Assembly (NCBI RefSeq): GCF_006345805.1
Contig: NC_043001.1
Span: 42,904,001-42,968,000, forward strand
DNA: 64,000 nucleotides
Origin: Octopus sinensis
Lineage: Eukaryota
Direction of reading: 5' to 3'
A program made the position numbers and the translations under genes. The notes under the pieces are model-generated. The model worked only from the letters and a program-made list of their open reading frames with translations. It did not search any database and was not told the origin of the DNA. Every line of letters begins with the position of its first letter. The stretch's first letter is position 1. This document shows positions 11,991 to 25,389 of this stretch, piece by piece.

Positions 11991-12546
11991 CATCATCATT
12001 ATCATCGTACGTCTGTTGTCCTGCTGATGGGTTGGACTGATCAGAGTGGCAATCTGGAAGGCTGCACCAGACCCCAGTCTGATTTGGCATGGCTTTCTAC
12101 AGCTGGATGCCCTTCCTAATGTCAACCATTCCAAGAGTGTAATGGGTGCTTTTATGTGTCACTGGCATCGGTGCCATTTGCGTGAAACTCGTATCTGTCA
12201 TAACTGTAATTTTGTTCGGCTTGATTGGTCTTCTTCTCAAGTACGACGTAATGCCAAAGGTCTCAATCATTGCCTCTGTGAGGCCCAACACTCGAAAAGA
12301 ACTTAGCCACTTTGCCTCTGTGAGGCCCAACGCTTGAAAGGAACTCAACCACTTGGCCTCTGTGGGGCCCAACACTTTAAAGGAACTCAACTGCTTTGCC
12401 TCCATGAGGCCCAATGCTCAAAAGGAACTTGGCCACTTTGCCTCCGTGGGACCCAATGCTTGAAAGAAACTCAGCCACTTTGCCTCCGTGGGGCTCAATG
12501 CTTGAAAGGAACTCAGCCACTTTGCCTCTGTAAGACCCAACACTTA
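11991..12546 (-). mobile_element. Short RTE 3' fragment with a 42-bp tandem array at its 5' side
   Basis: (CAT)n tail at 11991, the conserved CTACAGCTGGATGCCCTTCCTAA block, and the ORF2 end LGLTEAM...LRRRP. Confidence 0.8.
12268..12546. repeat. 42-bp tandem repeat, ~7 copies
   Basis: Unit CACTTTGCCTCTGTGAGGCCCAACGCTTGAAAGGAACTCAAC with substitutions. Confidence 0.9.
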
Positions 12547-12714
12547 ATGTGTTCAAGTGTAGCCATATGGAATCACCTAGAAACTTTGTTGGAGTTTATG
12601 AGTCTGAGTATTTGTTATTTCAAGGGATTGCAACTGTTTGTTGCTTATAACTGGAGAGGATCAGTTGCAAGATATTCTTGGAAAGAAAGTAATTATTAGT
12701 ATCCATTTCAATTA

Positions 12715-13912
12715 CCGTAAAACCCCATGTAATTTATGCACTGCTTTTGCAAAAATAAGAATAAACTTTAGTGGGTGTGTAAATTACATGAATAGATTGT
12801 TTCCAGAATTTGTTTTTGAATTTTTTTTGTTGAAAAAAGATGTACTGGAAGTTGACTCATTTAATGTCAGAAAAGGTTTTACAGAAAAAAATAATGGCTT
12901 AAATATAATGAAGTTGAGTTTATTTATGCTGGATGGTATAATGCTTACTTTTTCTCTATAAATTTACTAAAACCATTAAATGGTTAACTACTTTTTGAAG
13001 TCTGACATTCATGCTAGTAAACACAGTCTGGGCCATATTTTACATTGCTTGGAGTTTCTACCTACCACAATGGAGCACTATTGACACATAATGATATGGA
13101 TATTCCTGATTGAAAAAAATGTAATGATATGGATAATCTTGATTATATGTTTTTATTTTTGTCTGTTTATTACTAGGCACAGTTTTAAGTTTGTTATACT
13201 GTTTACGCCAATTACAAACATTGGCTCTATTGTCATGTTTCCCCTTCACAGTAAATGATTCATAAATTCTGCCCATACTGACAATAGCAATAATAGCAAA
13301 TTTTAAAGTTTGCTTGACATTTTCTAAGTGTGAAAGGGATTAAAATTTCGATACTCCATACCAAAGGTTCTGACAAGAATAGGTGGAAAAGAATTCTGTT
13401 TACATAATCAGTTTGATCAGTCACCTTCCTCTGTCGGTTGAGTAAAGTGTAATCCAAGTTGATGTTTATTGGTAATTAAACTTAATTTGCAACACCTGTG
13501 TGTATTTCTCAGCTTTGTTTTGTTGGTAATTCTTATCAACAACTTTTCCTGTGATTGTGATTTGAGAAGACATACAACAGTATGCTAAAGTTTGAATGTA
13601 ATCTCTTGTAAGCAAGAAATGTAAAATAAAGTTTATTATAAATACAAACACTTTGTAATTTAATAGCTTTCAATGTGATACCTGTTAAACAGAAATTATT
13701 ATTTATTGAAAATTTAATAAAATCTAATCATAAGTAAGTGAAATTATGCTAAATATAACTCAACTGAAAACTTTTTTCCCCTGGCTATATTGGGAATTCT
13801 AAAAACTTTTGGGTGTGAATTTTATCTGAGCAGAAGCTTTTTTTAACAATTTTTATCCTGAAAATCACATGCATAAATTACACAGGCGTGCAAATTACAC
13901 GGGTTTTTACGG
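12715..13912. mobile_element. Non-autonomous Tc1/mariner-superfamily (Tc2/pogo-like) DNA transposon
   Basis: TA TSD (12713-14, 13913-14). TIRs CCGTAAAACCCCATGTAATTTATGCAC / GTGCAAATTACACGGGTTTTTACGG. No transposase visible. Confidence 0.75.
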
Positions 13913-14316
13913 TATGTTTTCGTGCAATTAGAGAAGCATTCATTCACATCCTCATAAAACATGAATGTCTTCTATTTTGTTTTTAATCAGAATGTAATAT
14001 ACCGATCCAATTTTTCATCATTTTATCAATTTTATTGATGAATTAGTTATATATCACTTATTCTATTAACTTTAGAGATATGACTGATTAAGCTGAGTTA
14101 TGTTGCTCCACTTGGTTCTAAAGCTGAAACTTTACAGAATTACAAACTAATTTGTCTGAAATTCTTATCTTATATATATATATATGTATGTATGTATATA
14201 TATATATATGTATGTATGTATATATATATATGTATGTATGTATGTATATATATATGGTTATATGTGTATATATATGTGCATATATATGTATATATATATG
14301 TGCATATATATGTGTC

Positions 14317-14347
<31 letters not shown>

Positions 14348-14561
14348 CTTTTACTCTCTTGACTTGTTTCAGTCATTTGACTGTGGCCATGCTGGAGCAT
14401 CGCCTTTAGTTGAGCAAATCAACCCCAGGACTTATTCTTTGTAAGCCTAGTACTTATTCTATTGGTCTCTTTTGCCGAACTGCTAAGTTACAGGGACGCA
14501 AACACACCAGCATCGGTTGTCAAGCGATGTTGGGGGGACAAACACAGACACACAAACATTT

Positions 14562-14592
<31 letters not shown>

Positions 14593-14743
14593 CATATATA
14601 CGACGGGCTTCTTTCAGTTTCCATCTACCAAATCCACTCACAAGGCTTTGGTCGGCCTGGGGCTATAGTAGAAGATACTGCGACTGAACCCAGAACCATG
14701 TGGTTTGTAAGCAAGCTACTTACCACACAGCCACTCCTACGCC
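14348..14743 (-). mobile_element. SINE family C (head, internal (TG)n microsatellite, tail)
   Basis: Head GGCGTAGGAGTGGCTGTGTGGTAAG; tail ...CCAGCATGGCCACAGTCAAATGACTGAAAC; (CA)n between them. Confidence 0.85.
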
Positions 14744-15131
14744 TATATATATATTCAATGATAGTTCTTTCTAAAATAAGTAATTTAATTTTGAATTTCT
14801 ATACCTATGAAAACAATTCAATTGCCAGGTTCATAAATAAAACATTTTATTGCATAATGCTCAGGCATAAGTGTTTGCTTTGCAACCAAATGGTTCTGGG
14901 GGTCGATCCCATTGTAGCACCTTGGGCAAGTGTGTTTTACAATACTCTCCAGTAGACCAATACCATTTGAATGGAATTTGGCAGTTGGAAACTGTGGAAG
15001 CTTGTTTTAGGCACACACACATACATGTGTGTGTGTATATATGTGTGTGTGTGTTTATGAGTTTGATGCAATAACATCCAATTATTAAAAACTGTTGTGT
15101 CAAAAAGTTAACTTTGTCACCTGATAAAATT

Positions 15132-15287
15132 ATCATCCTCATCATTTAACATCCGTTTTCCATGCTGGCATGGGTTGGATGGTTGGTTTGACAGGAGCTG
15201 GCTAGATAGAAGACTGCACCAAGTTTCACTGTCTGTTTTAGCATAGTTTTTATGGCTGGATGCTCTTTCTAACACTAACCACCCCAC
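15132..15287 (-). mobile_element. RTE tail fragment
   Basis: CATCATTTAACATCCGTTTTCCATGCTGGCATGGGTTGG...GCTGGATGC. Confidence 0.7.
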
Positions 15288-16529
15288 AAATTTCTGTATT
15301 GCTACTTGAACTTACCTTAGTTTTAATCTCATGAGAGGATTATTTTCTTTGAGTTTTCAATTAATTTTAAATATTGTAAGTCTTGCTTGCCAAAACTTTA
15401 AAACCTTGTAATCATTTGTTACAATATTTATGAAGTACTTCAGTAATAGTCTCATCTATGAGCTTGCCTCTTTAGAATACACTTTCTGGAAGAATGTGTT
15501 CTGCAGTACTTCAAAGTTGATTAGGATAAAACTACTGATGGAGATATTTGCTGAGTTTATATAATGAATCTTTTGTTATTCCTCACATAGCTCATTGAAG
15601 TTATTAGAAGCCAGCTATAAGTGTCTCAGTATGTGATGAGAGACTCTTAGCTGTTTGTCTTTCTAGATAGTTGTGTAGGGGAGGTATAAAAGTAAATAGT
15701 TTACAGCAGCTGTTTGAAAAGGTGTGATACAACTTAATATTTTCTCTGTTGATGTGCTCATATGTCAATATTGAACAGTTCATTGGTTTTGTTCACCTCA
15801 TTCTTTATAATCATCTTTTGACTGTGTACCATTCAATAGTTTCTGTGTATCAAACTAACATTGCCAGCTGTGTGATATGAATTGGGAAATAGCTGAATGG
15901 AATCAATCAAAAGCATTGCAAAGATCAACAGAAGAATTACAATAATTGTACTGTCTAAAGGTTTATAAGAAAACTTTTGCAGTGGTTCAAAATAGAAAAT
16001 ATTCAAAAGAAAATTCTAAAATCTAATACTCCAAAATATACTGATTTTCTTATCAATTTAATATTATTACTTTTTTGTGTGTGTGAATTTTACCTGTATC
16101 ACAGTACACATTTATAACCTACTAAAATATCTTATATCAAGATACACTGCAGGCTAAATCATTGTCTGACTATTTTAATTTATCTTATGATAATTCTAAT
16201 TTCTTAAGTATTTTGTATTAGTAGGTCCAATACTGAATGGGTGGAGAAAGTATTCAAAATCTATACATAATCTTTGATTTTAAAATTATTGCGAAATCAT
16301 GGACAATTGTTCTAGCACTATTTAATTTGGTATGTTTCTTTAAAACCACTCAGAATATAATCTCACCATTTCATTGATACTATGCTAGAGATTAACATAA
16401 CCATATTTCATGATTTACATAAATAATGTATGATAAAACTGTTTATTCAATGGATGCATTCATATTCATACAACTTGGATGAAGTCAGACAGAATATAAC
16501 AGGGAAGTAAAAAGAGAGTACTATATAAT

Positions 16530-18765
16530 ATTATAATATAATGAAATTGTTGTATACAGTGCTCAGGTGCACTACAACTCAAAAAACCCCCAAAATCTTG
16601 TGGGTATCTGCCAAGTCAGTTGCCAAATGTTGGAGCTTTAATGTGTCCATGCTCAGGGAAGCAAGGTGTTCAGAGTATGGTAGATGCCTGATGCTGGATA
16701 TTCATTTGGTTGCACATTTCTGAACAATTTCCAGGAGATTGATATGCCGAGCAAGATAGGGGTTCCAGACTGGTGATGCAAACTAAGTAAGGATGTACCA
16801 TAGTCATATACAGCTTTAAATAGATAACAGGAGACGGGCTGACAAAGATTTTACTGAGTGATCCTAAGACACCCTCAGCCTTCTTAACAATCTTAGAAAT
16901 GTGGTTTGTCCAGTGCAGATTGCTGTTTGCAATAATACCCAGGTCACACTCACAAGCAGACTTTTTAAGATTGTTGAGGGAGGGAGTATGTAAAAGCTGG
17001 GTTTTTCCTCCCAAAGTGCATGGTGATGCACTTGTCCACAGCTAGCTTGAGTTGCCAGTCAGTAATTCATTGCTGCATTGTGTCCCGGTCTGAATGCAAG
17101 GAAGATCTATAATGTACAGGATCTGTTCTTCTTATCTCAAGGTACAGCTTGATGTCTTCTGCATATTTCAACACTAACATTCTTCAAGTTTGCATCTATG
17201 TTGTTAGTATATGCAACAGACAGTATGGATCCAAGTATGGATCCTGTTGTCATTTCATACACCAGATGTCATCTTGTAGGGTGAAGAATGATGATCTAGA
17301 ACTGTGACTAACTCTTTTCAGCCAAGAATGAAGGACTTCAGCCAGTTATAGAGATCATTTTTCACACCCATTGCAAAGAGTTTTACCATGAGTTGTTTGT
17401 GTGGCATAGAATTGAAGGCTTTAGTAAAAGTCAAGATATATAACATCCACCCATGAGTGGCCATCAGTAATTTGGGTGATGTCCTCAAGAAGCTTGATGA
17501 GTTGGCTACAGCAGCTGGAGCTAGGGATAAATCCAAATAGTGGGGGTCAGATCAGCTAAGGCTGTGAGAGCTCCAGAAGTTCCAGAGTGTTCCTCTGACA
17601 TAGGACTCCATCAGCTTGGTGATGCAGCTAGTAAGGCTGACTGGATGATAGTTGACAGGTGATGTGTGATCACCCTTTTTGAACAGGGGAATAATACTGG
17701 CAATTTTCCACTGCTCTTGAATGACATAGTTATTAAGGCAGAATTGAAAGAAGAATGAAAACTGGTGCAATAGAAAGAACCCGCTATGTTTGAGAAGCAG
17801 ATAAGTAACACCATTCTCGAGGTGGTGTCAAAGCATTGTGGGTGTAAATTTAACAGTTGTTATAGAATTTTATGTCAGATTTGGTGAAGAAGGCACATTT
17901 GGATTTTCAGCAGTAAAAATGCCAACATAGCATTCAGCAATAAGTTCAGCACATTCTTTAGGATCATCAGTGATCCAACCTGTGTGGGGATTGTAAAGAG
18001 GGCCAACTAGAGAGTGAGGTTTCTACTTTGAACATATATATTTCCAGAACATTTTGCTGTTAGGGCTGGTTGCTATACATTGTTCAAACTCAAGCATTTC
18101 CTTTTTTGTCACTTGCTTAAGATGGTTGGATGATCTATTGTACTTTCTATTCTCATCTGTTCTATGTAGTCTACATTCCTGTTCAGCATCACAACAGTCT
18201 TTCCTGGCAAGTTGAACTGATGCAGTCTTCCAAGTTGCACTTTTGAGATTTTTAGAGCATTTGAGTGGTACTGATACTTCACTTGTAACCCAGATTGCAC
18301 TGAGGATGTTTTGAAACAGTATTGATGTCTCCAGAATCATAAAATTCAAACCAGTCTGGATGTTGTAACTCATCACAGTAACAGTTCCAGTCTGCTTTGT
18401 TCCAGCCAAAGTGAGTGGTTTGTAAGTGGTAGTGCTTCTTGTTTCTGCCCATAAGTGATAAATTGGCAATAATCATAGCATGATCAGAGTTACCTAAAGG
18501 TTTCATGGTTGTGTCACTGATAAGTTTCAGGAATGGTAATAAAGAGCAGGTCCAATGTGTTGTTACCTCTTGTGGAGAGGTGATCACTTGGGACCAGTTT
18601 GAATCCAGCACTATATCAAAAAAAATCATCTGCTCTTCATGGCCAATGAAAGCTTTCCCAATCAATTTCAGGGAAGTTCTTTAGTTTGTGTTAGTCATTG
18701 CTGAGGTCAATCTGGTGAGTTGTCTCCTAATTGGATTCTACATCTATCAAGTACTTTGAAGCAGT
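16530..18765 (-). mobile_element. CR1/L2-clade LINE fragment (endonuclease end plus RT)
   Basis: GNSDHAMI; WKIASIIPLFKKGD..SPVNYHPVSLTSCITKLMES; FTKAFNSMPH; DLGII..SNLHWTNHI. Multiple frameshifts and stops. Confidence 0.9.
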
Positions 18766-19421
18766 AGCTGCTTATACTGTAAAAATTTTCAGACTTTAGC
18801 TCATAAATCTAAGCAATCTATGTAAATAAATTTTGGTATATTTGCCTAATGTTTGTTTATAACATTATTCAAATAATTTCAGAGATAAAGATGTTGGGTA
18901 TTTTTGGAGTGATTTTGTCATAGCTTTGTTAATACATCACAACAGAGTGAAAACAGTGTTTGAGTTTAATGTGTGTGTGTGTGTAATGCAATGTAATGTG
19001 TACAATCTTTGTTGAACAAACTTAGCTTAATCATAAATTAATTAATACCTTAATTGAAAATATAAAGCATAAACATGTTTGTGTTTAAGAGGAACGTAGT
19101 GAAATGATTGTCTCTGCAAAGATGCGTTCTTTGAACAATCTTAATTTAATTAGAAATTAATTAATTCTTTAATTTGCAGATGAGAAACAGTTGATATAAT
19201 TATCTATAAATATTGCTTACTTATATGAGATAGAGAATTAAACATTTTTGCTCACTTTCAATTATCACTTTTCATTGGATTGAAAAGGAAAGTTTCTCAA
19301 CAGTTTTTTTCTTGTTAAGAGTTAAAGTTTATTCCGTGTAACCATTGGTAAACAGTACACGTTGAAACTTAATATAGATTTATTATTTTTTAACCTTTAT
19401 TTCAAAATTTTTACATACTTA

Positions 19422-20713
19422 CGAGGGACGTTCAATAAGTAATGCCTCTGACCCACTTGCAGTTGTTTGATCTAGCTGAAATTTTGCATGTGCAATTATT
19501 TATATCTCTATAGATTAAGTGGCAAATTACAGCTCTGAATTAATTGTGGTTTCTGATTTACAGGTGTTTGAACTGAGTCAAGTGTGAAATGGAGCCTGTT
19601 GAGTGTCGAGCAGTGATCCGGTTTTTGTATTTGAAAGGACGCACACCACGGGAGACTTTTGATGAAATGAAAGTAACTTATGGTGATGATGCCCCATCAT
19701 ATGACCTTGTAAAACGCTGGCATTGTGAATTCAAACATGGTCAGAACTCTGTGGAAACAGCTCCCAGATCTGGTCGCCCCCTTCTGCCATTGATGAGGCA
19801 TCTGTCCGTCAAGTTGAGGCTGCCATTTTGGAGGATCGACGCATAACTATTCGCCTAATAGCCCATGAGGTTAAGATTAGTACCGGATCTGTGGAAACTA
19901 TCATTCATGACCATTTGCATATGCAAAAGGTGTCTGCCAGATGGATTCCCAGGTTGCTCACACCTTTCCAGAAGCAAGAACGCGTCGAGTGCTCGAGGAT
20001 GAATTTGGAGATGTGCCAAGAAGATGAGTCAAAATTTTTCAAAAGACTGATTACACTGGATGAAACCTGGGTCCATCACTATGATCCAGAGACCAAAGCC
20101 CAGTCAATGCAGTGGAAGCACTGTGACTCACCTCCTCCAAAGAAGGCAAGGGTGCAGCCCTCCACAGGCAAGGTCATGCTCACAGTCTTCTGGGACCAGG
20201 ACGGAGTAGTGATGACAGATTTCCTGGCAAAGGATACCACAATTACAGGAGCCTATTATGCTTCACTTTTGAGGAAATTAAGAGAAGCTATCAAAATCAA
20301 GAAGGCGGGGCAAGATCAGCAAAGGCATCCTTCTCCTTCAAGACAATGCTCCGGTCCACAACTTGCGTGTTGCCAGATCAGAAGCACAGGCGTGCGGCTA
20401 TGAACTCCACCCCCATCCCCCTACTCTCCTGACCTTTCACCCTCTGATTTTCACCTCTTCCCAGCCATGAAGTTGTTTTTGAAAGGAAAGCGTTTCCCAG
20501 ATGATGCAGCCATGATTTCTGAAGTCACGTCGTGGTTGGAGGACCAAGCTGGGGTCTTCTACAAAAACGGTCTCCAGAGCTGCATCAAACAATGGGAGAA
20601 ATGCGTAACTCTGGGTGGTTCCTATGTAAAAAAAGTCTAATAACTGTGCCAAGTTTCGTTGCTCTACTGCTATGGGAAGTGGGTCAAGGGCATTACTTAT
20701 TGAACACCCCTCG
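19422..20713 (+). mobile_element. Full-length mariner (DD34D) with frameshifted transposase (19589-20640)
   Basis: TA target duplications (19420-21, 20714-15). ~38-bp TIRs CGAGGGACGTTCAATAAGTAATGCC... / ...GGGCATTACTTATTGAACACCCCTCG. Motifs WIPRLL, LDETW, QDNA and (Y)SPDLSPSDF with 34 residues between the 2nd and 3rd catalytic D. Three single-base indels near 19780, 20302 and 20420. Confidence 0.95.
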
Positions 20714-21582
20714 TATACAGTTTTCTTGAAAAATGTATTTAAAATCATGTATATGAGTAGTACTGGAGACTTGGTTACATAATTTATATCTACATCTGGA
20801 CCTTTCGTACACTTTGTACTGCCCTTTGCAGTCCCTCTTATCTATTTGGCACCTCTATTGTCTTCTCTTCTATTCACTATACCATTATAACCATTGTCAC
20901 AAGAGCAAACAAGGGAACATTAGTTATGCACATCTATGTCTCCCTAATATTGCTATATTTATCTCTCTACCCTACACTTAACTATCTCCCATCACAGTGC
21001 TTGAGTAATGAGTGATTGCTTGGGATTTGTTGCTATCTGATGTACCCTTCTGTTTATCCTCTTGTATTGTTAGACATGGTTCTGCCTCAGGTCACTTCTT
21101 TTCTGACATTTGTCACTGTCTTACGATACCCCTGCAGTTAGTGTCTCTTATATACTTTCTACCACTGTCTCTCTCTAATTTCTCCTTTCTCCTCCACACT
21201 GGCACTCCAGATGTTCTGTTTCTCCCATCATAGTCTCACCTCTTCTTCTCTCTCAACCTAGTTCATCTTCTACTGTCTCTTTTCTCCATTCAGTTGGTCA
21301 TATGCTGCAAATAATTTTACTAATGTTGATGCCATGATAAAATACACCAAATACATCCTGAAAAGTGATTGGTCAATGAGCAGAGGTAATGAAGGGTGAA
21401 GAGGACTGGTGAATTTTGTCCTATCAAAATTGCTAGTACCATGATAAAATGTATCCAGTACATTTTGTAAAGTGGTTGGTGTTAGGAAGGGTTTCTTGTT
21501 ATAGAACCCATGTAAAAATAGAACACATGAAAAGAAAATGGTATCTTCAGACATCTAGACTGACCCAGAGTGGGATGAGCTG

Positions 21583-22310
21583 TCATCATCATCATCATTT
21601 AACATCTGTTGTCCATGGTGGCATGGGTTGGACAGTTGGATGGGCTGGCTTGCTAGAAGGCTGCAGCAGACTCTAGTCAGATTTGGCATGGTTTTCTATA
21701 GCTGGATGTCCTTCCTAATGCCAACCACTCTGAGAGTGTATTGGGTGCTTTTATGTGCATCCGGCACAGGTGCCATTTGCATGACACTGGTGTACATTGA
21801 CGTGCCACTGGCATGGGTGCCAATTTGTGTGACACCATGACAGCGATTTTGCTTGGCTTGATAGGTCTTCTCCTCAAGCACGACATAATGCCAAAGGTCT
21901 TGGTCTTTGCCTCAGTGAGGCCCAATGTTCAAAAGATGCTCTTTACATGCCACCAGCATGGCTGCACTTTGCTTGACAGGTCCTCTCAAGCACAGCACAT
22001 CACCAAAGGTCTTGGTCACCTGTCGTTGCCTCTGCGAGGCTCAAAGTTTGAAGATCATGCTTCACCATCTTGTACCATGTCTTCCTGGGTCTACCTCTAC
22101 CACAGGTTCCTTCCACAGTTAGAGATTGGCACTTCTTTACACTGCTGTCCTCGCCCATATGCATCACATGATCATACCAGCACAGTTGTCTCTCTTGCAC
22201 ATCACATCTGATTCCTCTTATGCCCAACTTTTCTCTCAAGATGCTTACACTGTTGAACATGCACACTGACATTGCACATCCAGCGCCAGCATCGAGAAGA
22301 AATTTGTAAA
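21583..22310 (-). mobile_element. RTE 3' fragment
   Basis: LREKLGIRGI...WYDHV...GRGRPRKTW followed by the 3'UTR and (ATG)n tail. Confidence 0.85.
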
Positions 22311-22565
22311 ACACAGACAACAAATGATAATTATATACACTTTTGCTTGTTTCAGCTTCTCTCTTGTAGTACTGCTACTGAAAGTACTGCTTCAGTGCTG
22401 TTTGTAGGGGTGGGGGTATGTGGGTGAGTGTCTGTTTGCAAAATTTAATTGGCAGAAAGTTACAAATGTAGGTTAAAGGCCGAGATTTTTGTGCATGATA
22501 AGTGCCATGCATGAAGTTCTTGGTCCTTGACTTACATTAGTAATTTTCTGCCAATTACAAATATT

Positions 22566-22600
22566 AAATATATATATGTATATATGTGTATATATATATA

Positions 22601-22688
<88 letters not shown>

Positions 22689-22716
22689 TTATTTATTTAT
22701 TTATTTATTTATTTAT
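22566..22716. repeat. (TA)n plus (TTTA)n microsatellite
   Basis: Directly visible. Confidence 0.95.
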
Positions 22717-22954
22717 GGAAAAAAGAGTCAAGGTAGAAAACGCTAAAATAATTTTATAAAAAACATTTCATTTTTTATAAAATTATTTTAGCATTTTCTA
22801 CCTTGACTCTTTTTTCCATATATATCAACTCATGTGTTCCTTTTTAACCTTCTACACACACACATATATATATATGTGTGTGTGTAGAAGGTTATATATA
22901 TATATATACTTATTGACTTCTGTTCATCCTATTTGTTTTATCAAACCTATATTT

Positions 22955-25010
22955 ATCATCATCATTGATTAACATCCATCTTCCATGTATGCATGGGTAG
23001 GATGGTTGACAGGAGCTCGCCAGGTAGAAAAACTACCCTAAGCTACTGTGTCTGTTTTGGTAAGGATTTTATGACTGGATGCCCTTTCTAATACCAACCA
23101 CTCTGCAGATTGGATGCAGTGCTTTTTACGTGACACTAGCACAGTTGAGGTTAGTTTTTGCATGATTTTTACAGTTGGATGCCCTTCCAAACGCCAACCA
23201 CATTAGTGTGGACTAGATGTTTTTAACATGGCACCAGCACTGGCAGGTTAACCAAGTAACTTACAATACTAGGAATTATGAGAGGAGCTGGGGAATTTGA
23301 GGAGAGGAACTTGTGTCAGAGGGTGAAAGTTTAGTGTGACAAAGAGACAGAGAGACAGAAGCAGGTGTCTTGCAATAGCAGAGGGGACATTAGAGGAGGT
23401 GATCCAGTATCAGATGATAAAAGGTTAGAGTGTAACAGAGAAATAGAGGCAGAAAAGGGTGTCTTGCTATAGAGGAGGTACATGGTTACCCAGTGAGAGA
23501 AAGAGAGAGAGAGATACTTGGTTACCTAATCAGATGAAAAACAAGAGGAGGGAGAGTAGAAAACAGCAAAAGTGTAAGAAAGAGAACAAAAGAGCAGAAG
23601 AGGGATGGTGTAATGCTATCGTATACTCACAAGTAACAAGGATCTGCGCATAGAACCTGGGTAGAAAAATAGTGTGTGGGTGTTGTGGGTGGGGGAGCAG
23701 CAATACAGTGAGTTGGACAGTGAAGGTAAAAAAGGGGATTGGAAAACGATCATAGGTTAACTAAGTAACTTGCAAGACAAGGAATTATGAGAGGGGCAGG
23801 AGCATTTGAGGAGAACTTTTGTCAGAGGATGAAAGTTTAGTTTGACAAAGAGAGAGACTTAAACAAGTGTCTTGCTTAACTTTTCTCTCAACTTGCATAC
23901 TGATGCTGCGAGTCCAATGCAGTATATTACCTTCATTCCTCTCCAGTCTACACATGTCCTCCACAGTCGGAGTCCCTGTCTCACTACCATGTAACATAAC
24001 CTTTCTCGCACAAGCATCATACAACCTCCCTTTCACTCTGAGAGAGAGAGAGTTCTTTTGCTGCTAACAGAAATAGTGGTTATCTGAACTTCCTCCAGCC
24101 TAGGAAGAGGAAATGTGAGGAAGAGAAAGTTTAGAAGAGGAGTTGTAGTTCAGTTTCTTAGGGTAAAGTGGGTGAAAAGTGTGTTGTTACATGTGGTCGG
24201 GACACAACTCTTCTAGCACTCAGTTTCATGGACGGGTCTTCTCTAGAACTTCATATTGCCAAACATCTGGGTCCATTGTCATTTCATCTGTAAGCCCCAA
24301 CATCCTAAGATCGGTCCTCACCACTTCATTCCATGTCTTCCAAGGTCTTCCACTTCCACAGGTTTCATCCACTTTCAGTGACAGGCTCTTCTGTATACAA
24401 CTGTCTTCACTCACATGCATCACATGTCCAAACCAATGCATTCTCCTCTCCTGCATGCCACATTTAATCCCTCTTATGCTTAACTTTTCTCTCAACACAG
24501 TTGTGCTTTGTCGGTCATGCACACTGATGTTTAAAATCCAATGGAATATACTGCCTTCATTCCTCTCCAGTCTACACATGTCCTCCACAGTCAGACTCCT
24601 TGTCTCACTACCATGCAACATAGCTATTCTCACACAAGCATCATACAATCTCCCTTTCATTCTGAGAGAGAGTCCTTTTTGCTGCCAATAGGGGTAGTAG
24701 TTATCTGAATTTTCTTCGTCCTATTCTTATTCTAGAAACAATACTTTCAGAGCATCCACCACAGTTACTAATTTAGTCATGTAAATAGCAGAAACTATGT
24801 ACTACCTCAAGAGATCCTCCTAGGCATTTGAGAGAGTTTAAGTCCCTTGTGCTCTTAGTACTTATTGCTCCTGTGCATCTGCCACACACAAAAACAACCT
24901 TATCTGATAACCTACCATGATTCCATTGCATCTCTTATGTTGGTGCAGCAAATGGAATTATGTCCCACTCCTGTCCGACATAATGAGCTCTTTTTTATAT
25001 CTGCTTATGA
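22955..25010 (-). mobile_element. RTE-clade LINE, same subfamily as 7054-9140, with an internal rearrangement
   Basis: ORF 24226-24660 KGRLYDACVRIAMLHGSET...WFGHV...GRPWKTW. The 3'UTR is colinear with the 7054 copy. Extra block at ~23750-24110. Confidence 0.9.
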
Positions 25011-25033
25011 TATGCCATTGCATTATCTGTTTA

Positions 25034-25341
25034 TCTATAAGGCAAGATGTGTGTGAGTGTGTGTGTGTGTGTGTATGTGTACGTGATTGTAGTTTATGCA
25101 CATCCACAAATTAGCATGCATATCGCTCAAATTTTAGGAGGACATTCGTCAACATCCTATCTGGGTTTTGTCAACTTATTTTTTCCCGAGGCACCCACGA
25201 ATAGCAGTAAAATTCTATTTTCAGCCATAGCTTTTAGCCATAAAAAATATCAGCCATAGCTTTTTGACAGCGTCTAACAAAAAAAAGATAAAGAAAAGTG
25301 GAAGCGGGGCAGAGAGTTTCATGGGAAAGACAAAGTGAGAT

Positions 25342-25389
<48 letters not shown>

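Noticed and set aside
12268-12546. CRISPR-like regular repeat
   Set aside because: Head-to-tail units with no unique spacers, inside an RTE fragment in a eukaryotic genome.
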